Shown here: positions 48,953 to 58,299 of the stretch, piece after piece
Numbering within the stretch: position 1 is the stretch's first letter
Layout: every line of letters starts with the position of its first letter
From: a virus
Direction: 5' to 3' (one strand)
Virus record (IMG/VR): IMGVR_UViG_3300032163_000003
Coordinates: 46,070 to 110,069 of that record
DNA length: 64,000 nt
Position numbers and translations under genes: made by a program
The notes under the pieces: generated by a model
What the model was told of the DNA's origin: nothing
Databases searched by the model: none
Seen by the model: the letters and a program-made list of their open reading frames with translations, nothing else

Positions 48953-49181
48953 TCTGTTTCTCCTCCTGTTTAGTCTTAATTCTTTTTCTCTTCTTCTCAA
49001 TTTGTTTTGTAAGATCTTCTTGAATTGCCTCTCCAAGAGACTTTGTAAATCCCAAAACAATCTTATTAATTCCATCAGTTATTGTTGGAATTGTTTTATC
49101 TATTACTTCTTTTGTAGTATTTAATAGTTCATTTTTTACCCTATCCATTTCTTTGTGGATTCCTCTTCTTTTTTTTGCCAT
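48939..49181 (-). CDS. Hypothetical basic helical protein
   Basis: 80-aa ORF with AAGGA SD. Confidence 0.55.
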   Translation of the reverse strand: MAKKRRGIHKEMDRVKNELLNTTKEVIDKTIPTITDGINKIVLGFTKSLGEAIQEDLTKQIEKKRKRIKTKQEEKQNVTS

Positions 49182-49193
49182 AAACGATCCTTT

Positions 49194-49517
49194 CTACTTT
49201 ACTATTTTAAATTTTTCCCACGGTTTAAAGTAAGAGTAAGTTAAGTTATAAGTACAAATCAACGAAACTATCATTGGAAGTCCATCAACTTCGAACGGTC
49301 TTCCAACTACCTTATCAGATAAACAAAGAACATTCGTACCAGGATCTGCGTTTGGATGTTTCCCGTCTATAACTACTTTTTCAATATTTCTATTTTCATC
49401 CAGGTATACTTCAAATCCTTTGATCCAAAGACTCTTGTCTAGTTCTATCATTTCATAAATTTCGCCGGCGAATATTATCTTATCTGGAATCATTTTCATT
49501 TTCTTTTTTATTATCAT
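49194..49517 (-). CDS. Minimal E2/UBC-like protein
   Basis: HPNADPGTNVLCL matches the UBC HPN...(I/L)CL catalytic motif; follows a ThiF gene. Confidence 0.6.
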   Translation of the reverse strand: MIIKKKMKMIPDKIIFAGEIYEMIELDKSLWIKGFEVYLDENRNIEKVVIDGKHPNADPGTNVLCLSDKVVGRPFEVDGLPMIVSLICTYNLTYSYFKPWEKFKIVK

Positions 49518-49525
49518 AACTTCCC

Positions 49526-50401
49526 CTACGCTACTGCTTGTTCTGCGATCAATTCAATGGTCCTACTTCTTTCGTTTATCAGGATTACATAATTTTTGTA
49601 ATCAAGTGGATTAATCATTGTTATGAGACTTGAGATAACATCATTAAAAGACTTGAGAGCATTTTTTGGAAAGGGTTTCTGTGAGACAGGAAACTTTTTA
49701 TTTCCAACGTATATAATCACTCTAGATAATTTATTCATAAAAATAATTGGATCGATACAATCCAGTAGATTTGAAAATCTTTCTATCTCTTTTGAAGAAA
49801 CGTCGAATAAAATATCTTTTCTTTTAGTTAGTTGATTTAGACTTCTAGACATCATTGTTTCCAGGTAGTCTAACTCAATCGCGTAAACTTTCTGTTTTTC
49901 AACCATCTTTTCAATTAGGTTCTTTCTTACCAAAGACCCAGCAAATTCTGCTGCATCAATTACGTCTTTTCTCTCTATACTTAGAGGATATGTTCCAACG
50001 TAGTTCCTTCTATATTCCACAGATTTTCTACAATCCACCAACAAATATCTTGAAGAGATAGACAATCTGGCGTCAATTGAATCTTTTCTATCATATGTAA
50101 AATCTCTACAATCAACAACTAAATCTGTCTTTGGTAATTTAGTTACTCCCTCTTCAAATTTCTTATTGAATTTTACTACTTTAATATCTGTATTTCTTTC
50201 TTTAATCAGTTTTTCTAAAGCGTCAACTTTTGCTTTTCCTACATCCTCCTTTCTATATGGTGACAATTTTAGATTTTTTTGTTGTACCGTATCATAATCT
50301 ACAATAACTAGTTTCTTAATATTTTCTAGTTTAGATAGATTATCACAAAAATAACTTCCTAATGATCCTAATCCAACTACAGTCACGTTTTGGATCAACA
50401 C
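49526..50401 (-). CDS. ThiF/E1-family adenylyltransferase (second copy)
   Basis: VVGLGSLGS, VDYDTV..KNL, DVGKAKV, DLVVDC.D. Confidence 0.8.
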   Translation of the reverse strand: MLIQNVTVVGLGSLGSYFCDNLSKLENIKKLVIVDYDTVQQKNLKLSPYRKEDVGKAKVDALEKLIKERNTDIKVVKFNKKFEEGVTKLPKTDLVVDCRDFTYDRKDSIDARLSISSRYLLVDCRKSVEYRRNYVGTYPLSIERKDVIDAAEFAGSLVRKNLIEKMVEKQKVYAIELDYLETMMSRSLNQLTKRKDILFDVSSKEIERFSNLLDCIDPIIFMNKLSRVIIYVGNKKFPVSQKPFPKNALKSFNDVISSLITMINPLDYKNYVILINERSRTIELIAEQAVA

Positions 50402-50488
50402 TGCACCTACCTTTCTTTCTTGAATTTTGTCGTAAGATAGTTTGGTAGAAAATAACTGAATTACTTTTTAGTATATAATATGTAGATG

Positions 50489-50521
50489 TGAGAGACAAGA
50501 ACTTTTTGTCCTTGTCTCTCA
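50489..50521. terminator. Strong intergenic hairpin (terminator-like)
   Basis: TGAGAGACAAG/CTTGTCTCTCA inverted repeat after the 50528 stop. Confidence 0.55.
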
Positions 50522-50527
50522 TTTTAT

Positions 50528-50989
50528 TTATGCTGCGATTTTCTTTGGTGTTAGAATGTTAACTTCTTTTTCAGTTGGGGTTGGGTTGAACTCCGATTTG
50601 TATATGAATAACTTTACAGCTTCTTTAAGAGGATAATTTAAAGGAATTCTCACCCCATTCTTTCTTACGAGAATTGTTTCTAAAGAAACATCTCCAATCG
50701 TTATAGTAAAGCGGTCTGGATTAATTTCGTCGGCAGATTTCGATGAAAGAACTGCTTTTAGAGCTCTCCCAAAGGATCTGTCTCTAGCATCTTTTTTATT
50801 GTGCATATCCATAACTGAACAAATAGATACTCCTCTCGAAAGAATTTTTCCTTCTTTTGAAAGAAGCAAGCAAACAGTAAAGACGTTTCCAACTATAGGA
50901 TCTTTATCACTATAGTAGAATTTAATTTTGTCTACTCCCGTTGCTTTTAATTTTGAAACAACTTCCGGCTTCATATTTGTCGTAAACAT
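50528..50989 (-). CDS. Conserved-looking phage protein (G.S.C...D....K..AR....GRA motif)
   Basis: GVSICSVMDMHNKKDARDRSFGRALKA. Confidence 0.45.
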   Translation of the reverse strand: MFTTNMKPEVVSKLKATGVDKIKFYYSDKDPIVGNVFTVCLLLSKEGKILSRGVSICSVMDMHNKKDARDRSFGRALKAVLSSKSADEINPDRFTITIGDVSLETILVRKNGVRIPLNYPLKEAVKLFIYKSEFNPTPTEKEVNILTPKKIAA

Positions 50990-51013
50990 TTTGTTATCCT
51001 CTTTTTTCTTTTC

Positions 51014-51484
51014 TCACCCCTTGTCACCAGCGGGCTTCAAGAATTCTAGGTTGTCTCCAGATTTAAGAATATACTCTCCGTTAACGCTCTTCCCATTAAC
51101 CAACCCAGTTGTCAGGTCGCTAATGCTGAATGCGTCTTTTAGGAGAGCAGCCACTGCCGCCACACTCTTTCCAGCAACGTTAAAGAAGTCACTAGAAGCA
51201 CCGCAAGAAACTCTCACTGTGGTAGTAGTTCTCTGACCCGCCGGAGCTTTAGGATCAGTTAAAGTTGTGAAGAATGTTCCCGATACTCCCTTTGCTCCAC
51301 CAACTACTGGACCTGGTTCAGGAAGTTCATCTTCTTCTACTTCTTCTACTTCCTGTCCATCTATAAGAGCTGCGATGACGTCGTCTTTTCTCCGCTTGCT
51401 CATTCCGAGAATACCTTCATCCCGGCACATTTCACGTAATTCAATCAGTGTGTATGCTTCCAGCTGCTCGTACGTATAAGACAT
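51014..51484 (-). CDS. Ubiquitin-like protein with N-terminal HeH/Rho-N module
   Basis: LEAYTLIELREMCRDEGI.GMSKRRKDDVIAAL; acidic linker; beta-grasp LVNG...EYILKSGDNLEF; C-terminus AGDKG. Confidence 0.8.
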   Translation of the reverse strand: MSYTYEQLEAYTLIELREMCRDEGILGMSKRRKDDVIAALIDGQEVEEVEEDELPEPGPVVGGAKGVSGTFFTTLTDPKAPAGQRTTTTVRVSCGASSDFFNVAGKSVAAVAALLKDAFSISDLTTGLVNGKSVNGEYILKSGDNLEFLKPAGDKG

Positions 51485-52212
51485 TACATCCTCCTACTTT
51501 TGTTTTTTGTTGTTCTGACTTTTGCGTCCGACTTCATTTTTTCAATGTCAAAATATACTTCACATGGTACTACAGGTTTGTCCTCTGCAACTGAATTATA
51601 GAATGACCAGCACATTATTGTTGCAGCAGTAAGATTTGCGAAAAACAACTGGGGAGTTGAAGATGCAGCAAGTTCTTCACAACTCATTTCGTCTGGTGAT
51701 TTGTCTTTTGGAGTTTCAATTTCAGGATGGTAGTCAGTTAGACTTGGGGTTATATCCTTTCCATCTTTGCGGATATATGTTTGTACATTCCCGTCTATAA
51801 AGTCATTCCCTCCAGAAATTAAGATAACATTCTGCAGTTCTTCAGCGAAGTCAGATACTAACTTCCTAGTTTTATGGTTATCAACGCATAAAAAGATAAC
51901 ATCTTCACCATTTAAAACTTCGCGAATGTTTGAGAAGTTAACGTACTCTCCAAAAGTTTCGAAATCTAAGTTTGGATATTCTCTTTTCAAATCAGTGCTT
52001 TTTACAACTGCTTTGTTTCCAAATGTTCCAAACTCTTGTCTTTGCAAGTTCTTCTCTTCGTACTCATCCCCATCAATTAATTTAATCCTACTTCCATGAA
52101 AACTTGGAGCGTAGTTTAAGAATCTGCTTATCTTCTCAGATAAGATACTTCCGATACCACCTAGACCAACTATTGATATATTTCGTTTCTTTCTTGAGTA
52201 ACTAGGTTCCAT
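51484..52212 (-). CDS. ThiF/E1 activating enzyme
   Basis: IVGLGGIGS, IDGD.YE.KNLQRQ, LCVDN..TR, SGGN, SCEE...PQLFFAN. Confidence 0.9.
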   Translation of the reverse strand: MEPSYSRKKRNISIVGLGGIGSILSEKISRFLNYAPSFHGSRIKLIDGDEYEEKNLQRQEFGTFGNKAVVKSTDLKREYPNLDFETFGEYVNFSNIREVLNGEDVIFLCVDNHKTRKLVSDFAEELQNVILISGGNDFIDGNVQTYIRKDGKDITPSLTDYHPEIETPKDKSPDEMSCEELAASSTPQLFFANLTAATIMCWSFYNSVAEDKPVVPCEVYFDIEKMKSDAKVRTTKNKSRRM

Positions 52213-53179
52213 GTGATTCCCCTATCAATTTCTTTTCTTCTGTTGGCTTAAAAGACTTGAACGCACACGTACCGCAAGGATTAAATTCTTTTATCACTCT
52301 CCTTTCTTGTTTTATATCTCCAGGCTTAGGAAGAATGTCCCGGAGAGTTGTTATATTTTCACCGAATGTTCCTAGTTCTTCATCCCACCTCCCATAGTCA
52401 AATGTAACTATTTCTTGTTTGGCTGGTTTAACTGAACCTATCCAGTTTGGATTATATCTTTCGAACTTCTTAGACCATTTAACAAATTTGTATCCCTCTT
52501 CATAACTCGGTTGTGTAAACAACGGAATATTTTCCAAGTCTTTAAACAAGTGAGTATAGTAGGGACTTCGATATATCGTTATTTCTGGTTTCTGAACTTC
52601 TTCTTGGACTTTTTGAATTCCATCGATATAATTCTGTGGTTCAACTTTAAATCTAGTTCCACCAACTACAATAGAAGCAACTATTTCAAATATAGGTTTC
52701 TTAATATTTCCAACTGTGATATGCAGACCGTCAGAATCTTTCTCATCCCCAACATCAATACTAGAATGTGACGCTGAAAAACTAGGATGACTATGGATAG
52801 TTGATAATCTTACATATCCTTCCATTGATGGGATTCTTATGTACTTTACGCTTGCTCCAGATACTTCCTGGGGAGGAATTATTATACGAAACTTTTTCTT
52901 TGTCTCGTTATAGTAAAGTATCGCATTACATTCTGAATGATACATATCATAAATTTTTCTGAAGAAAGTTATAATTCTTCCAAAAGTTCTTAGAGGAATT
53001 TTTGGAATATGTAACTTGGCGTATGGTTTTATTTCTTGTAGAAAAGATACCCCACTAACTTTTGTTATACTTTCAACTATTCCAACTTTCTTCTTTAGAA
53101 ATAATCCATTCTTCGAAATAATGTAAAGAATCTTATCATCTGGCAAGTTTGAACCATCATTTAAAACTACTTTAAACAT
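52202..53179 (-). CDS. Prokaryotic JAB/MPN+ isopeptidase
   Basis: Upstream E, then IHSHPSFSASHSSIDVGDE and GLHITVG. Confidence 0.88.
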   Translation of the reverse strand: MFKVVLNDGSNLPDDKILYIISKNGLFLKKKVGIVESITKVSGVSFLQEIKPYAKLHIPKIPLRTFGRIITFFRKIYDMYHSECNAILYYNETKKKFRIIIPPQEVSGASVKYIRIPSMEGYVRLSTIHSHPSFSASHSSIDVGDEKDSDGLHITVGNIKKPIFEIVASIVVGGTRFKVEPQNYIDGIQKVQEEVQKPEITIYRSPYYTHLFKDLENIPLFTQPSYEEGYKFVKWSKKFERYNPNWIGSVKPAKQEIVTFDYGRWDEELGTFGENITTLRDILPKPGDIKQERRVIKEFNPCGTCAFKSFKPTEEKKLIGESHGT

Positions 53180-53190
53180 TTCACCTCCGA

Positions 53191-55752
53191 TCATAGTATG
53201 ATGTTTTTTGATACTTCTGGATTTGAGTACCAACTGAACATATCTGGTACTACGTCTTGGGGTATATTCTTCATTCTTTGTGGTATAAGACCGTAGAAGT
53301 AGAAGTTTTGATACTTAGGAAATCCAGGTGTATTATACTTAACCCATTTTGTATTTGTGGAAAATAGTACTCGTTTCCATGTTCTTCTCCCATCAAAGAA
53401 AGTATGATACATTAAATCATAAGTGTCGTAATCGTAAGTAGAATTTCCCAGAACGTCTCCAAACTGTGGTGTAAACTTTGGAGTAAATTCATATCCAGAA
53501 GTGAGAGGCGGAGACGCATTAAACGCAAACAATCTCCTATTGCTTTCAGTTAACCAGAACGTATGAAAGTTACTACACAAAACTAAAGGAACATCAGTAT
53601 CCACTATAAAAGCGGAAATCCTACAAGGTTTCGATTTTAAGAAACCCGCCACCCTTTGTTTTGGAGTTACTTCCATTCCGATGGTTAAACCATCAACTGA
53701 GTAACTAGCTTTTCTAATACATCCTACTGATACTACTCCATGATATGCTTCAAAGATTGGAAATGTTTGCTCTGTATTCTTATCATCTCCAATTGTAGTA
53801 GTTACTTCAATTTTCCTTCCAGTCGCATTGAATATAAATCCAGTAATTTTTCTAATCTTTAAAAGATCTCGTGGAGAATTCCACGAAGTAGCAATTACAT
53901 TATCACCAACTCTTAAATCAATATCTACATCACAAGACGGAAGAAAAAATCTTTTTCCGTCTTCAAGAAGCATCTTTGGAATATGGCTTGCCCAGTTATA
54001 GTATTCAGTACTAAAGTAATTAACACGGTTAGGAATAATAACATCTCGATTTTTTGTAATAAAGATTATCTGTGAATCGTCCGATACTACAACTTTGTTT
54101 CCAATCCGAACTGCTGGAATAGGCAGAAGTTCTTCTTCAATCTTTTTAATTGTATCAGAAATTTTTCCTAAAACATTAATTTTTATATTACTTTTTGTAG
54201 TATCTATTTTTGTAAAACAAAGCTTTCCCTCTTTAAAGTCTTCAAATGTGCACATACTACCCATAAATATTTTTCTTGGAAGATGATCAGATGCTTTAAT
54301 TAAGAATTTATCCCCTTTTTGAAACTTAATTCCTTCAAATTCTAATTTGTCTTTATCAATAATATCGAAATCTACAAAGTCCATTAGGTATACAACTTGT
54401 CCACACTTCATCTCTGAAAGACCATCCCTTGATATTCTTACTTCATCAGCGCTCAGAAGTTTTTCGTATCCAGGAACTTTAAACGCTATTAGATCTCCTT
54501 GTTTAATTGTCTTTCCGTTCTTAGTAACTATAGAATTAAGAGGTTTCTTTTTCAAAAAGTTAATTATTTTTCTCTTTAACCTAACATCGATCTTATGTTC
54601 CGATTTACTTCCCTCTTCATCTTCTAGTTCTAGCTGATCAATATAATCTTTTGTAGATTTCAAAGCACTGATGTAGTAATTCTTCTTGTCAATGACTAGT
54701 TGATCTCCTACACTAATGGTGAAAGTCTGTGAACTGTCATTGACTGAGTCCTCATGATTCAACTCTTCATCTTCTTCCTCATAAGATTTAAGTTCCTTAG
54801 ATTTAAGATTTCTATCATCTAAGAAAAAACTTTCTGCCATTGATCTTTCAATACCTAATTTTTTACCTCTTTGACCAGAAATAATTTGTTGTATCTTCTT
54901 AATGACTGGTTCATCTAAACCATCTTCATTTTTGGAAGAATTCATACCAATTTCTACAAACAGATTTCTTTCATGCTGAAACCATGGAACTTTAAAAACA
55001 AACATTGGATCTACTTTTGAGAAGTACTGCCATTCAAGTAAATTTCCAATTTGTGGAACATCTTTATACATCATGTGAGATGAATGATAGTCACGATTAA
55101 AGTTATTAAGCCACACCCTATTCAGTACATGGTCAATTCTTTCTGATAGAGTAACTTTTTCTTGAAGAGGTCCAAGAGATTCTATAGCTTTATCTGACTC
55201 ATGCCCTCGTATGCACATAGTTCCATTAGCTTCTACATTCAACATATTGGATTTTAACAGAAAATCATGAACACTTGTTAGAGGAGCAGTTCTGTAGAAT
55301 ACCCTGCATCTGCCGTATCTTAGATCAAACGTAAGGTCAATGATAAAAATTACATATGGAAAAGCAAGTCTCAAAACATGTGGTGGTTTTCCAAGTTTGT
55401 AATTTTTGTATCCGTACGCTTCTACCTTTCCTTCTTGCTTTAACGACTCAAGAGAAAAAGATAGGTCTAGATCAACTCGTACTGATCTAGTAACTGGGCT
55501 TTGTTCAATTACTAAACAAACATTATTATTCCACGGAGTAAAAGAAAAGTGACGACAATTTTTTGGAAGAACATCTGGACAATTAAAACCAATAAAACTT
55601 TCTGATAGAAGATTAATCAATGTCTCAGACTCAACCATCGATTGTCTTCTAAATGGGAGTACTTTATTTGTTTTATCTGTTATGAATTCTATTGAGCTAG
55701 TGTATTTGTCCAACAAAAGTACGCCGCTCTTTAACTGAGTTTCTTCATTCAT
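53191..55752 (-). CDS. Large protein with N-terminal prokaryotic E2-like domain
   Basis: LAFPYVIF...VFYRTAPL...LNVEANGTMC...NNFNRD; operon with JAB, E1 and Ubl. Confidence 0.6.
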   Translation of the reverse strand: MNEETQLKSGVLLLDKYTSSIEFITDKTNKVLPFRRQSMVESETLINLLSESFIGFNCPDVLPKNCRHFSFTPWNNNVCLVIEQSPVTRSVRVDLDLSFSLESLKQEGKVEAYGYKNYKLGKPPHVLRLAFPYVIFIIDLTFDLRYGRCRVFYRTAPLTSVHDFLLKSNMLNVEANGTMCIRGHESDKAIESLGPLQEKVTLSERIDHVLNRVWLNNFNRDYHSSHMMYKDVPQIGNLLEWQYFSKVDPMFVFKVPWFQHERNLFVEIGMNSSKNEDGLDEPVIKKIQQIISGQRGKKLGIERSMAESFFLDDRNLKSKELKSYEEEDEELNHEDSVNDSSQTFTISVGDQLVIDKKNYYISALKSTKDYIDQLELEDEEGSKSEHKIDVRLKRKIINFLKKKPLNSIVTKNGKTIKQGDLIAFKVPGYEKLLSADEVRISRDGLSEMKCGQVVYLMDFVDFDIIDKDKLEFEGIKFQKGDKFLIKASDHLPRKIFMGSMCTFEDFKEGKLCFTKIDTTKSNIKINVLGKISDTIKKIEEELLPIPAVRIGNKVVVSDDSQIIFITKNRDVIIPNRVNYFSTEYYNWASHIPKMLLEDGKRFFLPSCDVDIDLRVGDNVIATSWNSPRDLLKIRKITGFIFNATGRKIEVTTTIGDDKNTEQTFPIFEAYHGVVSVGCIRKASYSVDGLTIGMEVTPKQRVAGFLKSKPCRISAFIVDTDVPLVLCSNFHTFWLTESNRRLFAFNASPPLTSGYEFTPKFTPQFGDVLGNSTYDYDTYDLMYHTFFDGRRTWKRVLFSTNTKWVKYNTPGFPKYQNFYFYGLIPQRMKNIPQDVVPDMFSWYSNPEVSKNIIL

Positions 55753-56090
55753 TTCTCCTCCTGAATATACTTCTTTAAATTATCTAAAACACCTGTTAAT
55801 AATTTTGAATATTCTGTCGTTGGTTTTGTAGTTAGTTTCTGAAAAACAATGTCAAGAGTAGATTCTAAAAAGTTTGAAATTAGATCTTCTTTTTCATTCT
55901 TTGCAAGTGGATACATCATTACTTTATCTTTGGTAATATCTATCCCTTCAAATTTTTCTTCGATGTTTTCGAACTTCAATCCACAAATTCTTAGAATACA
56001 ATATCCGTCACAAGTATTTATCCATATTGCGCCATTCTCCTGATCTACTTTGATTTCCATTATTCCATGAATGGGTTTAGAGATTGTCAT

Positions 56091-56381
56091 TTATTTCACC
56101 GCAGTTCTTACTTCTCCCTTATACACAAGGGATTTGAATGGAAGACTTCTCCAATCGTTTTTCTCTGTATCAAAAACGCGAAGAATTTCATTCTTTGTCA
56201 TTTGTTTTAGAATTTCTTGAAGACTAGTTTTCTTCGGTTTCTTATCTGGAGGAATTTTGTTAAAGTTTAGAGTACATTTCATTACTCTTCTTTCGCCATT
56301 TTTCTTGATAAACTCCACTTCAACTAAGTCATTCTTTTGGAGTTTATCTAAAAAGTACATCGCTGCGCCTAAAGTAGACAC
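56091..56381 (-). CDS. WYL/SH3-like small phage protein
   Basis: VEFIKKNGERRVMKCTL...VFDTEKNDWRS. Confidence 0.7.
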   Translation of the reverse strand: MSTLGAAMYFLDKLQKNDLVEVEFIKKNGERRVMKCTLNFNKIPPDKKPKKTSLQEILKQMTKNEILRVFDTEKNDWRSLPFKSLVYKGEVRTAVK

Positions 56382-57407
56382 TTACTTTCTCCTTTCTGAA
56401 TGAGTTAAATCATTAAACAAATTTGGATTTTCATTCGTCAATTTACTCATGCACATACACGTCCAGTTACAAAGTTTACAATATTTCTTTTTATCTTCTT
56501 CTAAATTTTCTTTAAGATTTGAATTTAATTTTCCACATTCATCTAAATAGTCTACTAATCTAAAAGATGGCGTTTTACTCCCGCGAATTCTCAAGCAAAG
56601 TCTCACGGTCCCATTAGAATCAATAGTCAAATTATGGACGCCTTTTTCAATTTCGCAATCCAAATCAGAAGGAAGACTTTGATATATCTTAGGTAGTAAC
56701 AAAGTTTTCATATGAATATTAACTTCGTCGTCATCGTCTAAAACGTTTAAAATTGGTAGTGCTTCTTCTTTACTTACTAACATACTCTCATCTGTTACAT
56801 TTGAAAAATCATAGTGCTGAGATTTTGCAATATCAAGAAAAGTTATAGAACTACTTATTCCTCGTTTGGTTAATTCTTGAACTAAAGGATATAAATATTT
56901 TATGTTATATTTGTCTACTGTTATTTCCGCAACAAGATCCTTTACTTTATCTCGATATTGATACAGTCTTTCTAGACCCGCCAAACTCTTTTTCACAATA
57001 TCTCCAGTAGTCTCTTTATCAAAAATTATTGGATCAACAGACGAAGTTAATCCTTCGAGATAACCTACTTTGTCAAACAGATTAGCAATTCTCTTTTGGA
57101 CTTGCTCTGAGTTATTCGTTATGACTGTATAGAAAATTTTATTGTCATGACAATACTGAATAATTTCTGACAAGTCATCTCGAAGTGTTGGTTCTCCCCC
57201 ATAGAATATCATAAAGCAATCTGGATTATGTAACTTTAATCTTTTTAAACTTTCTAATATAAAGTCTAGAGACATTTCATTCTTTAAATAATAATCATAT
57301 GGGGGATATTCTTTTGGTTGATTATAGGAGGACGCTATTCTACAATAAGAACATTTCAAATTACATTTTCTCGTAACAATCCAATTAACAATTCGAACTT
57401 TTCCCAT
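56382..57407 (-). CDS. Radical SAM enzyme with C-terminal Cys (twitch/SPASM-like) extension
   Basis: CNLKCSYC, GGEPTL, ITN, IDSNG.V.LC...CKLC. Confidence 0.9.
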   Translation of the reverse strand: MGKVRIVNWIVTRKCNLKCSYCRIASSYNQPKEYPPYDYYLKNEMSLDFILESLKRLKLHNPDCFMIFYGGEPTLRDDLSEIIQYCHDNKIFYTVITNNSEQVQKRIANLFDKVGYLEGLTSSVDPIIFDKETTGDIVKKSLAGLERLYQYRDKVKDLVAEITVDKYNIKYLYPLVQELTKRGISSSITFLDIAKSQHYDFSNVTDESMLVSKEEALPILNVLDDDDEVNIHMKTLLLPKIYQSLPSDLDCEIEKGVHNLTIDSNGTVRLCLRIRGSKTPSFRLVDYLDECGKLNSNLKENLEEDKKKYCKLCNWTCMCMSKLTNENPNLFNDLTHSERRK

Positions 57408-58299
57408 CCTAATACCCTCATCATACTTTTTTAAGAAGAGTTACTGAATTCGCAACTAATGTTCCCTTCGGAGCTATTTGAAATTCATCTCCTTTCAACT
57501 CTCCCTTTAGCGACTTTTTAGTTTTTGCCTTCCACCAACGATGCATAAATATCCAGAACATAATTGAATTTTTAATCTCAACTAAGTTATTGATTATAGG
57601 GATATATTTGGGTACATTCTCAACCCCAGTAGCTTTACATTCGTAGATTTCTCCTCTGCTAGAGCCAAGTTGGTTATACATCCATTTACTAGCTTCGTCA
57701 CAACTATCGAATATGAATAACTTAGTCCCCCGGCCTTTTGTTTGTTTTCCAACTGCATATTCTTTTACACATCTGTTTAATCTTTGACATTTTGTCCATG
57801 CAGAATACAACTTGCCATCTTCTTTAACTACAACTTTATAGTACGTTTTTTCCATAATTTCCTCCACAGTTTACTGGAACTACATAAAAATCCATCTGTT
57901 TGTTTGGAACTGCAACAACCACATGTAATCTTCCATTTTTGTAAGTAGAAGATACTCTATTCCACTTCTTAGAAGGTCTAAGAATTTGTTTAACATTTGA
58001 ACTAATCTTTCTTAAGTTCACAACATCAAATATTTCTTCCTGCAAATATTCTCCTATTTTTTTTCTGATACCTTTTCATTCTTCCTCCTCTTCAAATTCT
58101 TCCTTATTTTCATCTTTCTTTTCGTCAAATATCCATGTTATCTTAACTGGTTTTCCTTTATGTTTAAAATTTTCTTCGTGGAGACCAGTGTGGTTAGGAG
58201 ATAATTGACAACGAATAGTACAATCATTGTCGCCATAGTCGTCACTAAGAAATAACCGAGCATTACATTGACCATCTACATCCTTAGGTTCACCAAACA

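Noticed and set aside
56382-57407. QueE assignment for the radical SAM enzyme
   Set aside because: Longer than QueE with a C-terminal Cys extension, and no adjacent que genes.
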